Shown: positions 17,897-23,854 of the stretch, one piece after another
How the letters are laid out: every line of letters starts with the position of its first letter
How positions within the stretch are numbered: position 1 is the first letter of the stretch
The notes under the pieces: model-generated
What the model saw: only the letters and a program-made list of their open reading frames with translations
The model's database searches: none
What the model was told of the DNA's origin: nothing
NCBI GenBank assembly: GCA_964419615.1
Contig: CAYQPU010000021.1
Location: 1-29,008, forward strand
DNA length: 29,008 nucleotides
Direction: 5' to 3'
Origin: an uncultured Methanosarcinales archaeon
GTDB taxonomy: Archaea > Nanobdellota > Nanobdellia > Woesearchaeales > JAGVZT01
Made by a program: the position numbers and the translations under genes

Positions 17897-18247
17897 TTAA
17901 ATTTTATTTAACACAACAAAATTGGCAACTTGGGTTCCTGGCCAAGATTCTTCTGCAACTAAATCCTCATTTAATCTATGGGCATATTGTGTTGAGTGGC
18001 CGCTATCAAACATAATTGCTTTTGTGCTTCCAAGTTGCAATAGTAAAGCTGCAGCTTCATATGGAACCACATCATAGCATTTCATAAAATACATTATTTT
18101 CCCATCGCTGGATAAACCTGCAACTGTCTTTGCACCTGTTTTCCATGTTCTCTTATCATTTGGTTTTAACATATCTTGTTGTAGAACCGTTGGTATTTTA
18201 GGTGAGCCTGTTGTGTCATAAATGAGTGTTTTAACCCCAGAGATCAT
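17897..18247 (-). CDS. Phosphodiester glycosidase (NAGPA/DUF2233)-like C-terminal fragment; may be a remnant
   Basis: GSPKI, KTVAGLSSDGK, EAAALLLQLGSTKAIMFDSGHST match the RTAIG...dG / A.ll..lG...AinLDGGGSt pattern; only the C-terminal half; no signal peptide. Confidence 0.6.
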   Translation of the reverse strand: MISGVKTLIYDTTGSPKIPTVLQQDMLKPNDKRTWKTGAKTVAGLSSDGKIMYFMKCYDVVPYEAAALLLQLGSTKAIMFDSGHSTQYAHRLNEDLVAEESWPGTQVANFVVLNKI

Positions 18248-19265
18248 ATGATTCAACATAAGCAACTGTTTGTTGAGTTGCACTGTTTGCATCTGCTAAC
18301 CAGTCTTCCCATTCCTGATCTCTATCTAAATGTTCCCAATAGTTTTCATAAACATAATCAACTTGTGCAGTATTCTTCCAATTAATCCTTGATCTATCTT
18401 GTTCTTTCAATGATTTGAGCATTAAAACTCCTTTCTCATCATACTGGCTAAAGTCTCCAATAGGAATATTCTCAGGATAACCCTCTAAACCAATGTCACG
18501 ATAATAAAGCACAGTTCCAAAGACAGTCTCTGCCATATTAACCTCTTTTTCAGCATAGTAGTTTGCCAGTGCAATACATATCCCTTCATTAGATCCACTA
18601 ATGCCCGATAAATCTCCACTTCCATGTTCTTCATTAAACCCATGGCATGTTTCATGCACAATAACTTCTGTGTTAACATTAGCATAATCATAAATACTTA
18701 CAATAGGATGAGCATAATAAGTTCCTTCTCCTAGTGAACCATACTCAACATAAGTCAATGTTTCAATCATAAAATCGATCCTGCCTGAACTATACATATC
18801 CTCCAGATGCTCGAGCAAAGCCTCTTTATTAACCACATCAGATCTTATATTAACAAGTGAACTAATCAAAGAATCAACCTGATCTCTTTCTCGGATCAGA
18901 TCCATAAACTCTTCTGCCTCTTCAACAGAAAGTGATGTAAGAACAGGTTCCATTATTTCTTGATTTTGCTCAATATCTTCAGAATCCAGAATATTATTCA
19001 TCTCTAAAACATTAAGTGCATCCTGAACATTCTCACTAAATGTAATTCCATCTTTTTTATTCTCACCAATCCCAGTACAGTCAAAACTCCCATCAGTTTG
19101 TTCTTCACAATTATCATTGTGACAGTCTGTATCCAATTCCCAGAATGTTGTATCTAGTCCCGATGATTTCCTACAAACCAATATATCACCCGAAGCTGAA
19201 CATGATTGTTCATTAAGAATATCACATGGATCATTGAGATCAGGCTTATCTGAACCACTACCTCC
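18231..19265 (-). CDS. In-frame continuation of the 19266-21299 ORF: Gly/Ser linker, Cys-rich module, HExxH zinc-peptidase-like domain
   Basis: Frame open from 19265 (GGSGSDKPDLNDPC...) to 18231; HETCH at 18642-18656 with a downstream NEG (gluzincin-like third ligand). Confidence 0.7.
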   Translation of the reverse strand, partial: GGSGSDKPDLNDPCDILNEQSCSASGDILVCRKSSGLDTTFWELDTDCHNDNCEEQTDGSFDCTGIGENKKDGITFSENVQDALNVLEMNNILDSEDIEQNQEIMEPVLTSLSVEEAEEFMDLIRERDQVDSLISSLVNIRSDVVNKEALLEHLEDMYSSGRIDFMIETLTYVEYGSLGEGTYYAHPIVSIYDYANVNTEVIVHETCHGFNEEHGSGDLSGISGSNEGICIALANYYAEKEVNMAETVFGTVLYYRDIGLEGYPENIPIGDFSQYDEKGVLMLKSLKEQDRSRINWKNTAQVDYVYENYWEHLDRDQEWEDWLADANSATQQTVAYVESYDLWG

Positions 19266-21299
19266 TCAATCTCCACCTCCTCCTAAAGCAATATCAACAT
19301 CCTCTTTTTTAACCCAAATGTCTAGATTCCATTGGCGCCCATTATGATTGATCAAATGTTGTGCTTCGAGCAACAACCAGCAAACATCATCCACCATAGC
19401 AGAACCAAAAATCAAAAGTTCTGTACTCTCATCATAAGATACAAAACTTAATTGATCCATTTCTGGATAATCACCGTACATATCTGCAAACTCATCTCTG
19501 CTCCTTGTTTCAAATGAATTACTTGCTGTAAAAGTTAGTCCTTTATAATCCTCTTCGTATTCTTCACAAGGAGTACTGTATGTTGGGTGAACAAAAGTGG
19601 TCACAGCAATTCTATCTTTCATATTCTTTGTTGTACCATCAGTAATACCTGTTCCTTCTCTATACTCCCATTTACATACATTTTGATAGCACTTACAATC
19701 AGCCATCTTCACCTGTCTTGGAGTACCTCCAAAAAATGGCATCTGCTTTGACTCACCATCATTTTCACACACATAATAAGAACCTTCTTTTTGAATTCCA
19801 AACCCACTATATTGGACAGTTGATCCTTGTTTTAAAAGTGCATCTTCTCCATCATTTGTTGCCTCTAATTTGAAAGTTAAAACATTAGCCTCTAATTTTT
19901 CATCTAAAATCAAACAAGTGTCATCTTCTCCAGACCAACACCTAGATATAAGCAAAATATCTGCAGTAATATCATCTGGATCAGTGTTAGTATTAGTTTC
20001 AGAATCGATCTTTTCTATTTGTACACTATCCTCAGTGTTTTCATCCCAAATACAAGAACCACCCAAACCTTCAAAAGTTATTTCAATAGCTCTATCAATT
20101 TTAAATTCATTAGGTTCATAATAATAATAATAAAATGAATCACACTTACAAGCAGGAATTCCTCCGCCCTTAGGTTCTGGACATTGTCCACCAACTTCTC
20201 CAGAACACTCTCCCTTACAATCAGAACAATCTACAACATCATATTTTATTTGAATAGGTCCTTTACAGGTATCTATCCTATCTCCAATACCATTACCTTG
20301 AGTAACTTCCACTCCCTCAATAAACAACTTCTCTCCACCACCACCTGGAACAGACCCATAAGCCCAACCCTCATCAGGCTCACAATCCTCTTTGATAGCC
20401 AGAACAATTGAATTCTCAGCTATGTCCTCTAATTCAGTACATTTAATAACAATTGCATATTTAGTGAAATGGTATGTTTCAGCCACAAGCTTGTTTTCTA
20501 CAACATCAACTTGGGTTGGAATTGCAAGCCAAACACCAGTAGGTTCATCATAATAAGCAATTCGTAAATCTTCTTCTTTCACAGTGAAAGGTACTTCTGA
20601 ATCATTATAAAGCATAGTTAACTCAACTGGTTTTGAGAATTTGGCACCATTAGGATAAGCATCAAACGCAAGCATATTCATTACAACGTTGTTCTTAAAT
20701 CCATAATCTTCCCTGTCAAGAATTTTAAAACCAACTTCTTGTTTGTTATTATTAAGAATTCTAGCCCCAGGAGGAATTATCATTTGAAATTCCCTATGTG
20801 GTGATGAGAGAATAGTCTCTTTGTTTTCTTCAATCTCAGTCCACTTAATTCTATGAAGAATAAAGTTTTGATTTTTAAATTTAATAATTGTGTCGGCCTT
20901 AACCATTGTTATTGGATATTCTAACTCCACAGTTAATGTTTTACCTGTGATTTCAACATCAACAACAATATCCTCTTTTGTAATCACAAATCCTATTTCC
21001 TCGAACATTTTCAAATTGTCAGTACACCCTGGCAAGTTAGTCTTTATCTGCTCTTCAATAAAATCATTGCTAACACCAGAAAGAATCCCATAATCATGGA
21101 CAGCTTGGTTAGTAGTATCTTCCAAACAAGATCTTATTAGAAAATTGAGTGAATCTTGATTTCCTTTAAGATTGATACTTCCTTCAACATCAGGTTTAAC
21201 TAGAACTGATTCTTTACTAAACAAAAATAGACTGATACCTGCTAAAAGAACAATTGCAATAATGAGAAAAACCGCTATCTGACCTCTTTTTTTGAACAT
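19266..21299 (-). CDS. Large surface protein, paralogue of 14975-17830 (KRGQ class III signal, ZU5-like, Cys-rich), ending at an in-frame TGA inside a Gly linker
   Basis: Colinear similarity with the GH25 carrier (SCLE, LEYPI, PPG, LDRE, KEEDL, HFT, YGDY, LLI.GS, CWLL); ends ALGGGGD-TGA. Confidence 0.85.
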   Translation of the reverse strand: MFKKRGQIAVFLIIAIVLLAGISLFLFSKESVLVKPDVEGSINLKGNQDSLNFLIRSCLEDTTNQAVHDYGILSGVSNDFIEEQIKTNLPGCTDNLKMFEEIGFVITKEDIVVDVEITGKTLTVELEYPITMVKADTIIKFKNQNFILHRIKWTEIEENKETILSSPHREFQMIIPPGARILNNNKQEVGFKILDREDYGFKNNVVMNMLAFDAYPNGAKFSKPVELTMLYNDSEVPFTVKEEDLRIAYYDEPTGVWLAIPTQVDVVENKLVAETYHFTKYAIVIKCTELEDIAENSIVLAIKEDCEPDEGWAYGSVPGGGGEKLFIEGVEVTQGNGIGDRIDTCKGPIQIKYDVVDCSDCKGECSGEVGGQCPEPKGGGIPACKCDSFYYYYYEPNEFKIDRAIEITFEGLGGSCIWDENTEDSVQIEKIDSETNTNTDPDDITADILLISRCWSGEDDTCLILDEKLEANVLTFKLEATNDGEDALLKQGSTVQYSGFGIQKEGSYYVCENDGESKQMPFFGGTPRQVKMADCKCYQNVCKWEYREGTGITDGTTKNMKDRIAVTTFVHPTYSTPCEEYEEDYKGLTFTASNSFETRSRDEFADMYGDYPEMDQLSFVSYDESTELLIFGSAMVDDVCWLLLEAQHLINHNGRQWNLDIWVKKEDVDIALGGGGD

Positions 21300-21319
21300 A
21301 TTTTGTTTTTATATTATCA

Positions 21320-21327
21320 TATATAAA
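21320..21327 (-). promoter_or_regulatory. TATA box for the 21299 gene (likely leaderless mRNA)
   Basis: TTTATATA about 21 nt upstream of the ATG. Confidence 0.5.
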
Positions 21328-21364
21328 AAGTTTATGGAAAAGAGTAAAAAAGCGGGAGGAGGGA

Positions 21365-21451
21365 CTTTCAAGACTATTTTCCAAAGCGAATTCGACAAAG
21401 TCGAAGACGCCATTTTTGATCGAACTTTTCAGCGAAGCGGAAAAAGGTCGA
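21365..21451 (-). other. 87-nt T-loop (59/60) intron of tRNA-Cys
   Basis: TTCA/TGAA helix with AAT and AGT bulges; contains the CTTTT..AAAAGTTCGATCAAAA module. Confidence 0.88.
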
Positions 21452-21473
21452 TTTGAACCCTCGCATCGTCGGG

Positions 21474-21506
21474 ATCTGCATATCATAGCCGAAGCTCAAT
21501 ATCCCG
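21474..21506 (-). other. 33-nt anticodon-loop (37/38) intron of tRNA-Cys
   Basis: CTGC/GCAG central helix, bulges AAC and ATC, internal AGC-TTCG-GCT hairpin. Confidence 0.88.
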
Positions 21507-21564
21507 TTGCAGCCGACTGCCTTAGCCGGACTTGGCCACTCCCGCAATAATGGACCCGAAGGGA

Positions 21565-21682
21565 CTTTCGACATCCTTTCCACAGCTTGTACCATGGCTA
21601 TCTCGTTACATAAAGGCCATGTTATGGGACTTTATGTCCCATTACTTTTGGTCAAGCTTTTGCCCGAAGGGGAAAAGATTGA
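21565..21682 (-). other. 118-nt T-loop (59/60) intron of tRNA-Arg
   Basis: TTCG/CGAA central helix (compensatory relative to TTCA/TGAA in Lys and Cys), AAT and AGT bulges. Confidence 0.9.
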
Positions 21683-21704
21683 TTCGAACCCTTGATCTAC
21701 AGCT

Positions 21705-21749
21705 GTCTGAAATCGCGGATTTCCGAGCAAATCTCAGTTCCCTCGATAT
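21705..21749 (-). other. 45-nt anticodon-loop (37/38) intron of tRNA-Arg, relaxed motif
   Basis: Removal restores ACAGC-CTTCTAA-GCTGT; central helix poorly paired; junction ambiguous by one A. Confidence 0.8.
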
Positions 21750-21768
21750 TAGAAGGCTGTCGCCTTAT

Positions 21769-21885
21769 ATGCCCGAACAATTAATATCCTCAATCATCAC
21801 GTATCGTGGCAATCACGTTTTCATAAAGGCCACGCCAAGGGGCTTTAGCCCCTTATGTTTTAATCGAACTTTTCTTAAAAGTTCG
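21769..21885 (-). other. 117-nt D-loop (19/20) intron of tRNA-Arg
   Basis: BHB with GTCT/GGGC helix, bulges GGC and ATA, GAAC/GTTC stem; cleavage restores AGTCTGGATAAGGC. Confidence 0.88.
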
Positions 21886-21929
21886 CCAGACTAGGCTACG
21901 GGTCCATACTCAATAGGGCTTTTAAGCAA

Positions 21930-21943
21930 TATATAAATTTTTC
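21930..21943 (-). promoter_or_regulatory. BRE + TATA for the tRNA-Arg/tRNA-Cys operon
   Basis: GAAAAATTTATATA; TATA about 25 nt upstream of the tRNA-Arg 5' end. Confidence 0.7.
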
Positions 21944-21954
21944 TTATATAATCA

Positions 21955-22046
21955 GAAAACACCACCTTGGCGCGATGCAGCTAAACCAGAAAGGTTTAGC
22001 GAAATAGGACTGGCAAGGCCGTCGCTGCCAGGGAGGGGGTGTTTTC
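21955..22046. ncRNA. Unidentified GC-rich structured element (candidate ncRNA)
   Basis: Terminal 9-bp GAAAACACC/GGTGTTTTC stem, long inner stem, and 8-bp GCTAAACC/GGTTTAGC hairpin in an AT-rich genome. Confidence 0.45.
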
Positions 22047-22109
22047 CATGAAACAACACTTATGATCATCCTTTTTATCAAAACCTTTAAAAGAAAACAT
22101 ATCTCACAC

Positions 22110-22862
22110 ATGGACATGACAAAATGGATGTTTTTTACAAAAAAAGGTAAAAGATTCTTTACAAATGATGAAAAAGATCTTCACACACAATATGGATACA
22201 TAAAGGAAAAGGACATAAAAGACTCAAAGCCAGGAGACGAATTAGAATCAAACACAGGCACGAAAATGTACAAAACAAAACCATCTTTCATTGATATACA
22301 CTCTCGGATCAAGCGAGGAGCACAAATCATTCCATTAAAAGACATAGGAATAATATTAACTGAAACTGGAATCAATTCAAAAAGTAAAATAGTAGATGCA
22401 GGTGCAGGATCAGGAGGATTAGCTTGTTTTCTAGCAAACATTGCAAAGGAAGTCACAACATATGATATAAGAGAAGATTTCATAAAAATAGTTGAAAAAA
22501 ATAAAAAACTCTTAAACCTAAAAAACCTCACAATCAAGAAAGGCAGTGTCTATGAAAAAATCGATGAGAAAAATGTTGATCTAATAACACTTGATTTACC
22601 TGAACCCTGGCAAGCAGTTGAAAATGCATGCAAAGCTCTAAAAACAGGTGGCTTTATTGTAAGTTACTCACCTTGTATTCCACAGGTAATGGACTTTGTA
22701 AGTGAAGTTAAAAAAAATAAGTCATTACTATTTCTAAAAACAATTGAAATAATTGAACGACAATGGGACATTGACCAAAGAAAAGTCAGACCAAAAACAC
22801 AAACAATAGGTCATAGTGGATTTATGACATTTGTAAGGAAAGTAACGAAAACTCAGAAGTGA
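22110..22862 (+). CDS. trmI: tRNA (adenine-57/58-N1)-methyltransferase
   Basis: RGAQIIPLKD, IVDAGAGSGGL, YDIREDF, LDLPEPW, YSPCIPQV, IGHSGFMTF motifs; start probably 22110 or 22116. Confidence 0.93.
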   Translation: MDMTKWMFFTKKGKRFFTNDEKDLHTQYGYIKEKDIKDSKPGDELESNTGTKMYKTKPSFIDIHSRIKRGAQIIPLKDIGIILTETGINSKSKIVDAGAGSGGLACFLANIAKEVTTYDIREDFIKIVEKNKKLLNLKNLTIKKGSVYEKIDEKNVDLITLDLPEPWQAVENACKALKTGGFIVSYSPCIPQVMDFVSEVKKNKSLLFLKTIEIIERQWDIDQRKVRPKTQTIGHSGFMTFVRKVTKTQK

Positions 22863-22868
22863 GTTTTC

Positions 22869-22993
22869 GGAATTGAAAATCTATTGCATTAATTTTCAAT
22901 AAAAAAATAAAAAAAATTATTGAAAATCAAGCACCACAATGAAGATATTCTTAATGCCCGAAAAATAATCTTTAGTGCTTGATTTTCAATTCC
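22869..22993. repeat. Nested inverted-repeat element (MITE/REP-like) between convergent genes
   Basis: Outer 13-bp IR GGAATTGAAAATC (22869-22881)/(22981-22993); inner 16-bp perfect IR ATTGAAAATCAAGCAC (22919-22934)/(22975-22990); further ATTTTCAAT at 22892-22900. Confidence 0.75.
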
Positions 22994-23066
22994 AAAAAAG
23001 TGGCTTTCATATAAATGAGTGTTAATATTACGCACTCTAACATGGAGCTAATCTGCCACTTTTTTG

Positions 23067-23750
23067 TTATATGTAGTCAATTGTTGCCTTTGCAAGTATA
23101 TCCTGACTACTGTGAATCTTTACTCTTGGATGCTCAGGTTGTAGATTTGGTAAATCAGTACAAGCCAACAAAACATGATCAGCACCTTCTTGATGAAAGC
23201 TGTCAATCATATTGTTCAATTTATCTCTATCATCAAATTCCTGCATATTATCTACTAACCTACCAATCATCCCATCAAGTTCTCTCTGGTCACCGACATT
23301 AGGCACCCAGTACTCAATTCCCACTTGGTCTAGTTTATTTGAGTATAATCCATCATTAAGTGTACTTGATGTTGCAAGTAATCCGACCCTTGATACACCT
23401 TCTCTTTGTAAGTACTTGACACTCTCATCAATAATACTCAACATCTCTACTTGTACATTTTCTCTAATCCCGCCTATGTGAGCATGTAAAGTATTACATG
23501 GCATGACAAGCACTTCTGCTCCACCATGTTCGAGTAATTGAGCTGAATCAACTAAGTATGGGAAGTAATTTTCTATACCTTCTCCGTTTGAAAGAAGTTT
23601 CTTCTCTATTCTTTTTGGAATAGGAACTAAATGAACCAAAATATCTGGATTCTGCTTTGTTCCTTTCCTTTTAGATTCTTCAAATAACTGCAATTGAAAC
23701 CTAGCTGTTGTTTCATGTCCAAATCCACCAATAACACCTATTGTTTTCAT
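23067..23750 (-). CDS. Aspartate/glutamate racemase family protein
   Basis: IGVIGGFG, MPCNTLH and LACTDLP (both catalytic Cys), GLLAT. Confidence 0.9.
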   Translation of the reverse strand: MKTIGVIGGFGHETTARFQLQLFEESKRKGTKQNPDILVHLVPIPKRIEKKLLSNGEGIENYFPYLVDSAQLLEHGGAEVLVMPCNTLHAHIGGIRENVQVEMLSIIDESVKYLQREGVSRVGLLATSSTLNDGLYSNKLDQVGIEYWVPNVGDQRELDGMIGRLVDNMQEFDDRDKLNNMIDSFHQEGADHVLLACTDLPNLQPEHPRVKIHSSQDILAKATIDYI

Positions 23751-23854
23751 ATTATCACCAAACAGTAGTAGTTTTTAGAAATTAATAAAATTATTTACTT
23801 ATTTTCTTATCAAAACAAAAAAATATTTAAGCTACATTTTGTTTAATACTTGAC

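Larger units (their letters stand above)
21351..21545 (-). tRNA. tRNA-Cys(GCA) with two introns (37/38 and 59/60)
   Basis: Spliced 75-nt cloverleaf GCGGGAG...GTCGG CTGCAAC CCGAC GATGC GAGGG TTCAAAT CCCTC CTCCCGC T; U73 discriminator as expected for Cys; anticodon 21508-21510. Confidence 0.93.
21551..21905 (-). tRNA. tRNA-Arg(TCT) with three introns (19/20, 37/38, 59/60)
   Basis: Spliced 75-nt cloverleaf GGACCCG TA GCCT AGTCTGGATA AGGC G ACAGC CTTCTAA GCTGT AGATC AAGGG TTCGAAT CCCTT CGGGTCC A; anticodon 21751-21753; 5 nt upstream of tRNA-Cys. Confidence 0.93.

Noticed and set aside
19266-19268. TGA as Gly (genetic code 25) genome-wide
   Set aside because: TGA is a true stop elsewhere: the antitoxin (3713-3715, ATGA overlap), AbrB-PhoU (4379-4381) and trmI (22860-22862) end at their expected C-termini, and long genes have no internal TGA.
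19266-19268. TGA as selenocysteine in a Cys-rich protein
   Set aside because: The codon sits in a Gly/Ser linker, not at a Cys-equivalent or redox site, and I see no archaeal SECIS-like hairpin nearby.
21769-21885. Intron-encoded box C/D guide RNA (as in archaeal tRNA-Trp)
   Set aside because: A box C (GTGATGA) is present, but there is no CTGA box D or C'/D' pair in the intron; kept only as a side note.
21970-22005. Hammerhead ribozyme (..GATGCA-stem-GAAA)
   Set aside because: The core is not CUGANGA, and no stem III with a UH cleavage triplet can be formed.
21955-22046. 5S rRNA, SRP RNA or RNase P RNA
   Set aside because: Too short, and lacks their conserved signatures (5S loop C CCGAAC, SRP helix 8 GGAA/AGCAG, RNase P GAGGAAAGUCC).
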